From NCBI GenBank assembly GCA_041650995.1, contig JBAZJZ010000001.1, forward strand, positions 299,302 through 363,301: 64,000 nt of DNA, written 5' to 3'. Below the pieces are notes generated by a model. That model saw only the letters and a list, made by a program, of their open reading frames with translations. It did not search any database and was not told the origin of the DNA. Source of the DNA: Patescibacteria group bacterium (GTDB taxonomy: Bacteria > Patescibacteriota > Patescibacteriia > XYB2-FULL-38-15). The position numbers and the translations under genes were made by a program. Below, in pieces: positions 30,501 through 40,693 of this stretch. Each line of letters opens with the position of its first letter. Position 1 is the first letter of the stretch.

Positions 30501-31406
30501 TTACTTTCTTTTTCTTTCGGCCAATTCCTGCCAAACGACAAGCGCGGGGCTCGCGATGAAAATCGAGGAATAAGCGCCGAGGCCAATGCCGACAATCAAA
30601 GCCAGGGCGAAATATTTTACCGACTCCCCTCCCCAAAAGAAGATTGCCACGAGCGCGAGCAGGGTTGTCAATGTCGTGTTGATGGAACGCGCGAAAGTTT
30701 GATTCACGCTTTCATTCACAATTTTATCAAAGTTTTCATAATCTCCGCCGGCGTGAATTAAATTTTCTCGCACGCGGTCAAAAACCACTATCGTATCATT
30801 TACGGAGTAACCAACAATAGTTAAAATTGCCGCTACAAAAGCACTATTCACCTCCACTCCGGCAAAATGCCCAAGCACGGCAAAAAGACCAATCGGAATA
30901 CCCACGTCGTGAAGCAACGCAAAGACGGCTATCACGCCATACTTCCAGGAAGCGACCGGTTTTGAAACTTTTCTAAAAGCCCAGGCAATATAAAGAATTA
31001 TACAAATCAAAACAATCAAGATTGAGTACGTCGCTTTTGTCCGCAACTCCTTGCCAATCGTCGGTCCGATAGATTCAAATCTTTTTTCCTCTACTTCACC
31101 AAATTTTTCTCCGAGATGTTTTAAAATTTCTTGATGCCGAGCTTCATCAACTGACTTAAAACGTAAAAGCATGCCGTCTTCCCCTACCGACTGAATACTA
31201 ACATTCTCCGCGCCAAAACTCGCAAGGTCAGAGGCTAAATCCGCGGTTGCCGGACGATTTACAAAAGACAATTCCAAAAGCGAACCGCCAGTAAAATCAA
31301 TGCCAAATTTTAATCCCCAAATTGAAATAACCACAATGCTCGCCACGATTAGCGTGCCAGCAACAAGAAGCCATATTTTTCTGTGTCCAATTACGTTGAG
31401 TTTCAT
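30501..31406 (-). CDS. secF: Protein translocase subunit SecF
   Basis: GIDFTGG, LLHDV, GYSVNDTIVVFDRVREN. Confidence 0.96.
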   Translation of the reverse strand: MKLNVIGHRKIWLLVAGTLIVASIVVISIWGLKFGIDFTGGSLLELSFVNRPATADLASDLASFGAENVSIQSVGEDGMLLRFKSVDEARHQEILKHLGEKFGEVEEKRFESIGPTIGKELRTKATYSILIVLICIILYIAWAFRKVSKPVASWKYGVIAVFALLHDVGIPIGLFAVLGHFAGVEVNSAFVAAILTIVGYSVNDTIVVFDRVRENLIHAGGDYENFDKIVNESVNQTFARSINTTLTTLLALVAIFFWGGESVKYFALALIVGIGLGAYSSIFIASPALVVWQELAERKRK

Positions 31407-31440
31407 ATTTGCGTAAGTAGATTAAATGCGTAGTAAATTT

Positions 31441-33498
31441 TTATTTTTTCTTGACCCCAAATATCCATGTTCCATGAAACCACGGCGCGATAAAGTTCAA
31501 AAAAGATCGCGTGATAAAGATGGCCGAAAATAAACTCATAATAACACCGACTGAAAGCGTCAAGGCAAATCCTTTAATCATGCTCGTGGAAAACCAAAAT
31601 AAAACAAAACAGGAAATTAAAGTGGTAATATTGCCATCACGAATTGAGGGCCAAGCGCGTATGAATCCTTCATTAATCGCCGAGCCGAGCGGTTTTCCTA
31701 ACCGCAATTCTTCTTTCATTCTTTCGAAAATCAAAACATTTGCGTCAACGGCCATGCCGACCGATAAGACAAACCCCGCGATGCCAGCCAAAGTCAATGT
31801 GACGGGGATCAATTTGAAAAGCGCGAGAACAAGCACGGCGTAAAAAATTAAAGATAGGGCCGACAAAAATCCGGGCAAACGATAATACAAAATCATAAAA
31901 ACAATCACGGCTAAAAATCCGATTAAACCGGCAATTAAACTTTTTGTCACTGATTCTTGGCCCAGGGCCGCGCCAATTGTTTCCTGACTGATTAGATTGA
32001 TCGGGACCGGAAGAGCGCCAGCATTCAACCGTTGTGCCAAAATTTTTGCTTCGGGAATTGTAAAGCTTCCGCTGATAATCGCGCTGCCATCTTTAATCGG
32101 TTCCTGAACGGTTGGAACGCTAATTGGTTCGCCATCCAAGAAAATCGCAACAAGCTTGCCAACATTTCTTTCCGTAATTTCACCAAATAATTCTTTCCCT
32201 TCGTCATTGAATTCCAAACCTACCTGCGGAGCGCTAGTATTCGGGTCAAACTGAACTTGAGCGCGCACTAATTGTTTTCCGGTAAGCCCGGTATAAATCC
32301 ATTCTTCTGATGGAGGCACAACTTCTGATGAAGTTTTTTTATCAATCAAAATTCTCGAGACGCGATATTCTTTTACCGCCCGTTCATCGGTTTTATAAAT
32401 TAAGTGATAGCCGAATTGTGTTTCAATCACATCGGAAATTTCTCCAACTTTCATGGCAAAAGTCGCTTCTTCAAACGGCTTTACCATCATGTCTTTTCCA
32501 AACCAACCCAAATCTCCGCCGGATTCCGAAGCGCCCGGTTCGCTTGAGTTCGCCTTAACTAAATCTATAAAATTAGCGGCTGTCGCTTCTGTTTTTAATT
32601 CATCAATTTTTTTCTTAGCGTCTTCTTTTGATAAATTTCCCGTGCAACTTTGCGCTCCTTCCCAACAGATCAAGAGATGATTGGCTTTTACTTCCTTTGA
32701 ATCCTGCACGGCAACCAATTTTATGATGCCGATATATTCATCAGTTTCAATCAAACCGCTAACTCCTCCAACTTTTAATTTTGCCGCGTCATCATACCAA
32801 TCCGCATAAACACCATCTTTTGTAATAAAGCCCAAATCGCCTCCAACGCTCTTTGTCGCTTCATCAGTGGAATACTCCTCCACTAGGGTAGCAAAATCCG
32901 CGCCCTTTGCCCGGGCTTTTTTCAAAGCTTCATTTGCCGTTTTTTTTGCCGTGGAATTATAATCATTCATTTCTTTTTTCTGTTCATCAGTTAAAATTTG
33001 CGCTGTTCCAATGTCTGGATTTTGCTCTTTAAATTCCAAAAGCGGCGTTTCGCCGATCATTTTAATGGCCTCTGACACATCTTTTATTCCAGCCAATTCA
33101 ACAATAATACGCTGACTGTCTCCAGCACTCGTTGTCTGGACAACCGGCTCGGCCACGCCAAACGCGTTCACGCGGCGTTCAATCACGTCTCTCGCACCTT
33201 CAAGCGCGTCGTCGCGGTCTTTATCTGGAATTGCCGAAGTGTCGGCTTCGTAAATCAAATGTGTTCCGCCTTGTAAATCCAACCCGAGGCGAAATGGTAA
33301 TTTATAAAATTCCGGCAAAGCAATGCCAGTAGTTTTTCTAAGCCAATTCACGCCCTGATCATAATATTTTGGATAATCCAAAAATCCGGCCAAAACTGTA
33401 ATAGCTAAAATTAAAATGATAAGCCACCAAACTTTAGCTCTGGCGGTCGTAAATAACTTCTTTCCCGCGTTCGCGAAGAATCTTTTGATTTTGTTCAT
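31441..33498 (-). CDS. secD: Protein translocase subunit SecD with inserted parvulin (PpiC) domains
   Basis: LGLDLQGG and GMAVDANVLIFER, with internal GGDLGF, ANHLLI and GGDLGWF...MVKPFEEATF...ETQFGYHLI. Confidence 0.93.
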   Translation of the reverse strand: MNKIKRFFANAGKKLFTTARAKVWWLIILILAITVLAGFLDYPKYYDQGVNWLRKTTGIALPEFYKLPFRLGLDLQGGTHLIYEADTSAIPDKDRDDALEGARDVIERRVNAFGVAEPVVQTTSAGDSQRIIVELAGIKDVSEAIKMIGETPLLEFKEQNPDIGTAQILTDEQKKEMNDYNSTAKKTANEALKKARAKGADFATLVEEYSTDEATKSVGGDLGFITKDGVYADWYDDAAKLKVGGVSGLIETDEYIGIIKLVAVQDSKEVKANHLLICWEGAQSCTGNLSKEDAKKKIDELKTEATAANFIDLVKANSSEPGASESGGDLGWFGKDMMVKPFEEATFAMKVGEISDVIETQFGYHLIYKTDERAVKEYRVSRILIDKKTSSEVVPPSEEWIYTGLTGKQLVRAQVQFDPNTSAPQVGLEFNDEGKELFGEITERNVGKLVAIFLDGEPISVPTVQEPIKDGSAIISGSFTIPEAKILAQRLNAGALPVPINLISQETIGAALGQESVTKSLIAGLIGFLAVIVFMILYYRLPGFLSALSLIFYAVLVLALFKLIPVTLTLAGIAGFVLSVGMAVDANVLIFERMKEELRLGKPLGSAINEGFIRAWPSIRDGNITTLISCFVLFWFSTSMIKGFALTLSVGVIMSLFSAIFITRSFLNFIAPWFHGTWIFGVKKK

Positions 33499-33583
33499 AG
33501 ATTAAAAAAATTATCCTCCTTGTGGATATTTTATGAGTTTAGCGCAAGTTGATTGAAGTGTAAAGGATCGCTGGCGTGAAAGG

Positions 33584-33970
33584 TTAGTAAAATATTTCAA
33601 AACCCTTAGCCTCGGCCTCACCTGCTCTTTGGGGATTATGAAATCTGGAAAACTTAACTTCACCATTGCGCATAATCATCCATCGGTTCCACCCTCCATT
33701 CCCGTAAACAGAATAAACTGCATTTCCCGATTCTTCGGGTTCCTTTCCTTCGCTTCTCAATTCCTCGTCAAACGCGGCCAATCTTTTTAAATGTTCAATC
33801 GCGCCGCGAGTCGTGTAATCTGTCTTTTTACTATTTTGATCCTTATTAAACCAAGCCTCGCCTTCCACCTCGGCCATAGCGCGAATAGTTTCTTCGTAGT
33901 TTGTTAGAAGATTAAATTTTGCTGGCCGTTCTCTTTCTTCAATTTTTCCTTCTGATAATTTTTCTGGCAT
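33584..33970 (-). CDS. Hypothetical protein
   Basis: ORF between secA and secD. Confidence 0.6.
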   Translation of the reverse strand: MPEKLSEGKIEERERPAKFNLLTNYEETIRAMAEVEGEAWFNKDQNSKKTDYTTRGAIEHLKRLAAFDEELRSEGKEPEESGNAVYSVYGNGGWNRWMIMRNGEVKFSRFHNPQRAGEAEAKGFEIFY

Positions 33971-33999
33971 ATTTATTTTATTTATTTCCCGCAACACTT

Positions 34000-34302
34000 T
34001 TAACTTCTTAATATCGCCCCAAGGGAAATGATTTCCATTTTATCGTAGCCACTCAATTCTTGAATTATTTCTTCCGTAAGTTCGTCGAAAAATTTATATT
34101 TGATCTTCAGTTCATTAATACCGCCTGTTATTTTCTTGACTGACATGATCCTTACTTCTAGACCCCACTCTGTTTTTAAAATATCTCCTTCCTTGAACTT
34201 TTCATATTCGTTGCTAACTCGAATTGTATAAACAATCTTTCCGTTATTAAGTCTGGATTTAATACTATCCCATTCATTTTTGGGAAAACTTATTATGTTC
34301 AT
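34000..34302 (-). CDS. Hypothetical protein (possibly PUA/ASCH-like)
   Basis: AT-rich ORF containing GKIVYTIR...FKEGD. Confidence 0.55.
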   Translation of the reverse strand: MNIISFPKNEWDSIKSRLNNGKIVYTIRVSNEYEKFKEGDILKTEWGLEVRIMSVKKITGGINELKIKYKFFDELTEEIIQELSGYDKMEIISLGAILRS

Positions 34303-34308
34303 ACACAA

Positions 34309-37020
34309 TTATCTCCCGCAACACTTTTTGTATTTCTGCCCGCTGCCGCAGGGACACGGATCGTTTCTCCCGATTTTTTCTCCCTCAGCCGTGCGAGGTT
34401 TGGCTTTGATGTCGGCCGGCGCATTGCGACTGTCGCCTTCTTTTGCCGGCGCGGATAATTTTATACCCTGGCGTTGCATCAAAGATGGCGCAGTTTTTGT
34501 TTCCAAGCCAACTTTATAAACATTATAAACAACTTCTCTGTTTATAAAATGCATCAACTCCTGGAACATTCTATATGTTTCTTTTTTGTATTCAACAAGC
34601 GGATCGTGTTGGCCATAGCCGCGGAGGCCAATGCCAGTACGTAAATAATCAACCGCGCTCAAATGATCAACCCAAAGAGAATCAATCGCCCGAAGTGTCA
34701 TGGCACGTTCAATCTGGCGCATAATTTTTTCTCCGTCCTGATTTATTTTCGCCGCCTGCTCGGCAATACGTTTTTCCAAATCTTCATAAGCCTTTCGCGC
34801 GAGTTCCATTAAATACTCAATAATGCGAGTGCGAACCGCAGCGTCGTGCATTTTGTCACCAGCCCATCTCTTAATATCGTCCATTTTGATGCGCGCTTCC
34901 GGCGGCATCGGGAAAATCGTGCTGACAACTTCATAAATTTCTTCCAAATTCCATTCCCCTTCTTGTTCTGACGCAGTATGAAATAAAACAACTTGTTCAA
35001 TTTCATCTTCAACCATTTCCAAAACTTTGGTCTTGCTATCTTCGGCCGCCAAAATATCCCGCCGTTTTTTATAAACTACTTCACGATGCTTATTTAAAAC
35101 ATCGTCGTAATCAAGTAAATGTTTTCTAATATCAAAATTACGGCCTTCCACGCGGCGCTGCGCTGACTCAAGAGAGCGGGAAACCATTTTATTTTCAATC
35201 GGCATATCTTCCGGCATATTGAGCCGTGTCATCAAACCTTTCAGCCGATCGCCGGCAAAAATTCTCATCAAATCATCTTCAAGCGAAAGATAAAATTGCG
35301 ACGAACCGGGATCGCCCTGACGTCCGGCACGGCCGCGCAACTGATTATCAATTCGACGGGATTCGTGCCGCTCGGTGCCAAGAATGTGGAGGCCGCCCAA
35401 TTCGCGAACTTTTTTTGCTTCTTCCGGATCGGCCGGGTTTCCACCTAAAATAATATCCACGCCGCGGCCAGCCATGTTTGTCGCGACAGTCACAGCGCCT
35501 TGCCGCCCGGCCTGAGCAATAATTTCCGCTTCTTTTTCATGATGTTTAGCATTCAAAACCTGATGCTTCACACCTTCGCGTTCCAACATTTGGCTTAAAA
35601 TTTCATTTTTTTCAATGGAAATTGTGCCAACCAAAACCGGCTGTCCTTTTTCATAGCGCTCTTTTATTTCCCGAACCACGGCTGTAAATTTTCCTTGCTC
35701 TGTCCGATAAATTCTGTCGGCCAAGTCTCCGCGGATCATTGGCTTGTTGGTCGGAACAGAAACTACTTCCAACTTATAAATTTTGGAAAATTCTTCCGCT
35801 TCGGTTAAGGCAGTACCGGTCATACCGGCCAATTTTTTGTAAAGCCTAAATAAATTTTGAAAAGTAACCGTGGCTAAAGTTTTTGATTCTTCGCGAACGC
35901 GCACGCCTTCTTTGGCTTCAATCGCCTGATGTAAACCTTCGCTATATCGCCGGCCAATCATAAGGCGTCCGGTAAATTCATCAACAATTATTACTTCTCC
36001 CTCGCGCACGACATAATCTCTGTCGCGCTTAAATAAAGTTTCGGCGCGCAAAGCCTGTTCAATGTGATGAACCATGGTAATTCCGCCGGCCGTATAAATA
36101 TTTTCCACGCCGAGCCATTTTTCCATTTTGGCAATGCCCGCTTCGGTCAATGTCGCTGCGCGCATTTTTTCATCAATATTATAATCTTCCTTTTCTTTCA
36201 AACCGCGCACAAGATTGGCAAATTTAGCGTAAAGATCTCCCGACTCCTCTGCCGGCGCGGAAATAATCAAAGGAGTCCGGGCTTCATCAATCAAGATACT
36301 GTCAACTTCATCAATAATCGCGTAATTCAATTCCCGCTGTACCATATTCTCCAAACTCGTCACCATGTTGTCGCGCAAATAATCAAAGCCAAACTCATTA
36401 TTTGTGCCATACAAAATATCCGCGGCATAAGCTTCTTTTCTTGAAACCGGTCGCAAAAATTCTTGGACAACCTTAAAGCTGGCTTCCTGGCCGCTCTCTT
36501 CCGCCGTGGCTTCACCTTTATATGTTGAGTCGTATAAAAACGCCGCGTCGTGCTGAATACAGCCGACGGATAAACCCAGGGCGCCATAAACTTGCCCCAT
36601 CCAAACCGCGTCTCTTTTTGCCAAATAATCATTAACTGTAACAACGTGCACGCCGCCGCCCGTAAGCGCATTCAAGTATACCGCCAGAGTAGCGGTCAAA
36701 GTTTTTCCTTCACCGGTTTTCATTTCAGAAATTTGTCCGCGATGCAAAACCACGCCGCCGATTAACTGAGCGTCAAAATGACGCTGACCCAAAACTCTCT
36801 TCGCTATCTCGCGAACTACGGCAAATGCTTCAGGTAAAATATCATCCAGGGTCTCATCTTTCCCGAGCCGCTCCTTAAAATCCGCCGTCATCTTTCTCAA
36901 TTCTTCAAAAGAAAACGACTCGAATTTAGATTCGAGTTCGTTTATTTGCCGGATAATCGGCATTATTTTTTCTATTGTTTTTTTATTTGGATCACCAAAA
37001 ATCTTTTGAAGTAATGGCAT
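34309..37020 (-). CDS. secA: Preprotein translocase subunit SecA
   Basis: [26 protein letters not shown] and C-terminal [18 protein letters not shown]. Confidence 0.98.
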   Translation of the reverse strand: MPLLQKIFGDPNKKTIEKIMPIIRQINELESKFESFSFEELRKMTADFKERLGKDETLDDILPEAFAVVREIAKRVLGQRHFDAQLIGGVVLHRGQISEMKTGEGKTLTATLAVYLNALTGGGVHVVTVNDYLAKRDAVWMGQVYGALGLSVGCIQHDAAFLYDSTYKGEATAEESGQEASFKVVQEFLRPVSRKEAYAADILYGTNNEFGFDYLRDNMVTSLENMVQRELNYAIIDEVDSILIDEARTPLIISAPAEESGDLYAKFANLVRGLKEKEDYNIDEKMRAATLTEAGIAKMEKWLGVENIYTAGGITMVHHIEQALRAETLFKRDRDYVVREGEVIIVDEFTGRLMIGRRYSEGLHQAIEAKEGVRVREESKTLATVTFQNLFRLYKKLAGMTGTALTEAEEFSKIYKLEVVSVPTNKPMIRGDLADRIYRTEQGKFTAVVREIKERYEKGQPVLVGTISIEKNEILSQMLEREGVKHQVLNAKHHEKEAEIIAQAGRQGAVTVATNMAGRGVDIILGGNPADPEEAKKVRELGGLHILGTERHESRRIDNQLRGRAGRQGDPGSSQFYLSLEDDLMRIFAGDRLKGLMTRLNMPEDMPIENKMVSRSLESAQRRVEGRNFDIRKHLLDYDDVLNKHREVVYKKRRDILAAEDSKTKVLEMVEDEIEQVVLFHTASEQEGEWNLEEIYEVVSTIFPMPPEARIKMDDIKRWAGDKMHDAAVRTRIIEYLMELARKAYEDLEKRIAEQAAKINQDGEKIMRQIERAMTLRAIDSLWVDHLSAVDYLRTGIGLRGYGQHDPLVEYKKETYRMFQELMHFINREVVYNVYKVGLETKTAPSLMQRQGIKLSAPAKEGDSRNAPADIKAKPRTAEGEKIGRNDPCPCGSGQKYKKCCGR

Positions 37021-37027
37021 AAAAAAA

Positions 37028-37570
37028 TTAAGGAACTAATACCGCCGCGGAAATCACCGTCGTCCACAAACCATTTTTGTCTGCCACGGCTGATTGCGTA
37101 ATATTTGTTGTTTTAACTATTTTTCCGCTGACTTTATAAATTTGTTCTCGCTCATCCCAAGCTCTATCCATATCAAATTCAACGCCAAGAGTTGAGGCAA
37201 GCATGGAGGCAGCTAAGTCTTCGGCGTAATCACCGGCTTTTTCTTCCGTTTCGCCAAATGAATGATGTTCGGAAAGATATCCATAATGCGAAGTATCAGC
37301 CGGAACAGCCAGACCGATTGAGGCGGCTAAAAGGCGGTTTGGCTCATTTGTTTCGTTACGGGCCATTACACAATAAACGATTTGTCCAGCCTTAAGTTCG
37401 GCCAGCCCATTGGCTTTTTGAACCATTTTGGCTCCCGGCGGAAAAATACTTGAAACACAAACAATGTTAAATTTTTCAATTCCCGCGTCACGAAGCGCGG
37501 CTTCAAATGATTGAAGTTTTTCTTTATGTTTACCAACTCCTTTGGTAAAAAAAACTTTACTTGGAACCAT
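37028..37570 (-). CDS. pdaD: Pyruvoyl-dependent arginine decarboxylase
   Basis: [24 protein letters not shown] (SS cleavage site) and GYLSEHH. Confidence 0.88.
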   Translation of the reverse strand: MVPSKVFFTKGVGKHKEKLQSFEAALRDAGIEKFNIVCVSSIFPPGAKMVQKANGLAELKAGQIVYCVMARNETNEPNRLLAASIGLAVPADTSHYGYLSEHHSFGETEEKAGDYAEDLAASMLASTLGVEFDMDRAWDEREQIYKVSGKIVKTTNITQSAVADKNGLWTTVISAAVLVP

Positions 37571-37599
37571 TTCTTTAAAATTATGAATTAATTAATAAA

Positions 37600-38028
37600 T
37601 TAAATTCCTTCTTCCCGTTCTCGTTTTCCTTTAATTTCTTCGTCTCTCGGTCGCACGCCTTTTGCTACAACCGTCATTCTCTTCGCCAACCGCCCTCCCC
37701 TTTTCACCTTCGCATCCCTGGCACCTTTATAAGATTTTATCTGCCTCTCCAATTCTTTTTTTATTTTAACAATTGCCTGGCGCAAATCTTTGTGTGTTTC
37801 TTCCGCCCGCAAAATTTTTCCTGGCAAACGGAGATCAGTTTCTGCAAGATAAACCATGCCTCCGGTTTTGTGGTGCTTCGTCGTCCGCGCTACTTCTACC
37901 CACGCCTCGGCCACGCCGTCGGCATCATAAGTCGGAATAAACTTTGCCAGGCCACCGATTTTTTCATCAACAAAAACACTGATGCTTTCTATCGGCTCTA
38001 GGTTCGTCCATTTTAAAGTAATTTTCAT
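37600..38028 (-). CDS. hpf: Ribosome hibernation factor (HPF/RaiA)
   Basis: LPGKILRAEE...DLRQAI...LERQI. Confidence 0.82.
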   Translation of the reverse strand: MKITLKWTNLEPIESISVFVDEKIGGLAKFIPTYDADGVAEAWVEVARTTKHHKTGGMVYLAETDLRLPGKILRAEETHKDLRQAIVKIKKELERQIKSYKGARDAKVKRGGRLAKRMTVVAKGVRPRDEEIKGKREREEGI

Positions 38029-38078
38029 AAAATAGCAATAAATTTATATTAAAGCATTATAACACTTTTCAATCATCA

Positions 38079-39038
38079 CTAAAATCCAACATACTCCACT
38101 TCTTCCTGCAATTGCACGCCAGTCTCGTCGCGGACTTTCATTTTTACCAAACTCGCGAGGGCAATGACATCAGCCGCCGTCGCGCTCCCCGCGTTCACAA
38201 TAAAATTGGCGTGCTTTTCGGAAATTTTCGCTCCACCGATCCGCTTTCCCTTTAAATCACATTGCTCAATAAACCAAGCAGCGGGAATTTTTCCTTTTTG
38301 AATGTAGTCGGTCGGCACATCTTCGTGCGTATGTTCTTTGATAATTTTTATAATCTCCTCCGTCACTTCCACATTTTTAAAAAAAGATCCGGCGCTTGCA
38401 TCAGTCGGAATTTTCCCGTCCCGCGCCGCGAAAATTTTATCCATCTCTTCTTTAATTTTATTTTTATCACCCGGAACTAATTTAAAAACCACTTTCAAAA
38501 CAATCCCTCCTTCTTTTTTAAAAATACTTTCCCGATAACCAAACTTGCAATCTTCTTTTTTATATTTTTCAACTTTCAATTTTTGATTTAACACTTCAAC
38601 TTCTTCTACCGCGTCACTCGTCGCCTTTCCATACGCTCCGGCATTTCCCCGCACCGCCCCGCCGACCATTCCCGGAATCCCCGCCGCCCATTCCAGTCCG
38701 CTCAAACCATTTTCCGCCGCCGCGTTTACAATTTCCGCGAGTTTCACTCCGGCCTCGACTTCAATTTTAGTGTCTTGTATTTTGTATTTTGTATTTTGTA
38801 TTTTAATTATTAAACCATCAAAACCTATATCCGCGAAAAGCACATTACTTCCGCCACTCAAAACAAAAATTTTCAAACCCAAATCTTTCGCCGCCTTTAC
38901 CGCTTTTACAATTTCCTCAGAATTTTTTGCGACAAAAAAATATCTGGCCGGTCCGCCGATTTTAAAAGTGCAGTGATTGGATAGGGGTTCATTTTCCAAA
39001 ACTTCCTCGCCCAATTTTTCCCGCAATTCTTTAATCAT
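38079..39038 (-). CDS. murB: UDP-N-acetylenolpyruvoylglucosamine reductase
   Basis: TFKIGGPA, GSNVL, GIPG.VGGAV.GNAGAYG, SAGSFFKN and HANFIVN. Confidence 0.96.
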   Translation of the reverse strand: MIKELREKLGEEVLENEPLSNHCTFKIGGPARYFFVAKNSEEIVKAVKAAKDLGLKIFVLSGGSNVLFADIGFDGLIIKIQNTKYKIQDTKIEVEAGVKLAEIVNAAAENGLSGLEWAAGIPGMVGGAVRGNAGAYGKATSDAVEEVEVLNQKLKVEKYKKEDCKFGYRESIFKKEGGIVLKVVFKLVPGDKNKIKEEMDKIFAARDGKIPTDASAGSFFKNVEVTEEIIKIIKEHTHEDVPTDYIQKGKIPAAWFIEQCDLKGKRIGGAKISEKHANFIVNAGSATAADVIALASLVKMKVRDETGVQLQEEVEYVGF

Positions 39039-39080
39039 ATTTCTAATAAAGTTTACCAAAAATAACAAGTAAATACAAGA

Positions 39081-39305
39081 CCATCATAACAGCCTAAAGG
39101 CTGTCAGTCCGTTATTGGGGAGTGACACCCTTTAGGGTGTTAATTAAGTCCTCACTAAAGTGAGGAGTCCGTTGAAATTGGAGTCCATTATAACAGCCTA
39201 AAGGCTGTCAGTCCGTTATTGGGGAGTGACACCCTTTAGGGTGTTAATTAAGTCCTCACTAAAGTGAGGAGTCCGTTGAAATTGGAGTCCCGACTTTAGT
39301 CGGGA
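39081..39305. repeat. 104-bp tandem duplication built from TAAA/TTTA-loop palindromes (REP/BIME-like)
   Basis: 39081-39184 is repeated at 39185-39288. Hairpins are acagcc-taaa-ggctgt, acaccc-ttta-gggtgt, cctcac-taaa-gtgagg and finally tcccgac-ttta-gtcggga. Confidence 0.9.
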
Positions 39306-39319
39306 TTTTGTCTTAAATA

Positions 39320-39372
39320 AAAAAACCCGCACCAGCCGAACTCCAGATGAACCGGAATTGACCGATGCGGGC
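39320..39372 (-). terminator. Long hairpin terminator of the GC-rich orphan gene
   Basis: Minus strand CCCGCATCGGTC...GGCTGGTGCGGG followed by TTTTTT. Confidence 0.65.
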
Positions 39373-39377
39373 GTACT

Positions 39378-39803
39378 TCACTCCTTGTCTTCGCGTGGCT
39401 CGCTCTTCGGGAAGAAGGCGAGAATTTTCTTGAGCACCTCCCCTGCCTCTCGTCGGGATTCTTCGTACTGTCTGTCGCTCTGGTCCGGCTTTTTCTCGAG
39501 AACAAACTCACCGCAAGCGGGGCAAAGCCAGCCCACAATAATCGTCTGGACGCGAAAGAGAGGGATCCTCGTAGCCCTGTCCTTGGCCAGAGAGAATTCG
39601 AACATTCCCCCGCCGCATTCATGCGCCTTGTCGGACGGGTTCAGGTTGCAGCGAACGTTTTCTCTGCTTTCGTCGTCAACAGATCCCGCGTAGAGACGAC
39701 GACCGCGCCGAAGAGAAAGATCAGTGCGGCCGGTCAACATGAAGACCAGCCATGTGCTCCAAATACCCACCAAGGCGCCAACCACCAACGAGGTCATGTC
39801 CAT
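39378..39803 (-). CDS. GC-rich orphan, TM-anchored, Cys-containing (CPAC) protein
   Basis: 141-aa ORF with its own promoter-like site (39855-39880) and terminator. Confidence 0.6.
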   Translation of the reverse strand: MDMTSLVVGALVGIWSTWLVFMLTGRTDLSLRRGRRLYAGSVDDESRENVRCNLNPSDKAHECGGGMFEFSLAKDRATRIPLFRVQTIIVGWLCPACGEFVLEKKPDQSDRQYEESRREAGEVLKKILAFFPKSEPREDKE

Positions 39804-39928
39804 GGGTTTTTCTCTTTCTACCCGAATGCCAATCCACTAACTGACTTTATAAACTAACATGATTTTAAAAAATTGTCAAGAATTTTAAGCTTGTCTTAAA
39901 TCACAATCTTCTATAAACTTTAAATATC

Positions 39929-40693
39929 ATGAATCATAAAAAACCTGAGTCCGACGATCCGTTGGCCGAAAAAAAATATTCGCCGGTTCGAGGGATTGTC
40001 CATAAATATCCTGACCGCGTGATTTTTTGTCCAACCTTCGCTTGTCCCTCGCGTTGTTCTTTTTGTTTTAGAAAAAATCTTGTTGATGGCAAAAACGGAC
40101 GGCTTTCCGAAAAAGAAATGGCCGCGGCAATTGATTATATTAAAAAAGATAAAAAAATACGCGAGGTAATTTTGTCCGGCGGCGACCCCTTATTTTTGAA
40201 TGATAAAACTTTGTCGGATATTTTAAAAAAACTTCACGCCATTCCGCATGTTCGGCTGCTGCGAATTCACACCCGGATCCCAGTTACTCTACCCTCACGT
40301 GTCACAAAAAAATTAGCGGCCATTTTAAAAAAATCAAAACCGCTTTGGGTTGTTGTTCACATAAATCACCCGAAAGAAATTACGCCGAAATTTAGGGAAG
40401 CCGCCGCCAAATTCAAAGTAGTCGGCATTCCCCTTCTCTCTCAATCGGTTTTACTTCGCGACGTAAACGACAACGCCGAAACTTTAAAAAAATTATTTTA
40501 CGGACTCGTGAAACTCGGTATCAAACCTTATTATCTGCACCAATGTGATCCGGCACGAGGCACAAAAAAATATTGGGTTTCAATAAAAAAAGGTAAAAAA
40601 ATAATGCGCCAATTGCGCAAAGAAATTTCCGGAATTTGTCTTCCGACTTATGTCCAAGACTCGCCTCATTGCGGCAAAACGCCACTATACTAA
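39929..40693 (+). CDS. KamA/EpmB-family radical SAM protein (short form)
   Basis: HKYPDR, CPSRCSFCFR, SGGDPL, HINHPKE and QSVLLRDVND. Confidence 0.88.
   Translation: MNHKKPESDDPLAEKKYSPVRGIVHKYPDRVIFCPTFACPSRCSFCFRKNLVDGKNGRLSEKEMAAAIDYIKKDKKIREVILSGGDPLFLNDKTLSDILKKLHAIPHVRLLRIHTRIPVTLPSRVTKKLAAILKKSKPLWVVVHINHPKEITPKFREAAAKFKVVGIPLLSQSVLLRDVNDNAETLKKLFYGLVKLGIKPYYLHQCDPARGTKKYWVSIKKGKKIMRQLRKEISGICLPTYVQDSPHCGKTPLY

Noticed and set aside
39081-39305. CRISPR array
   Set aside because: The whole 104-bp unit is duplicated with no unique spacers, and there are no cas genes.
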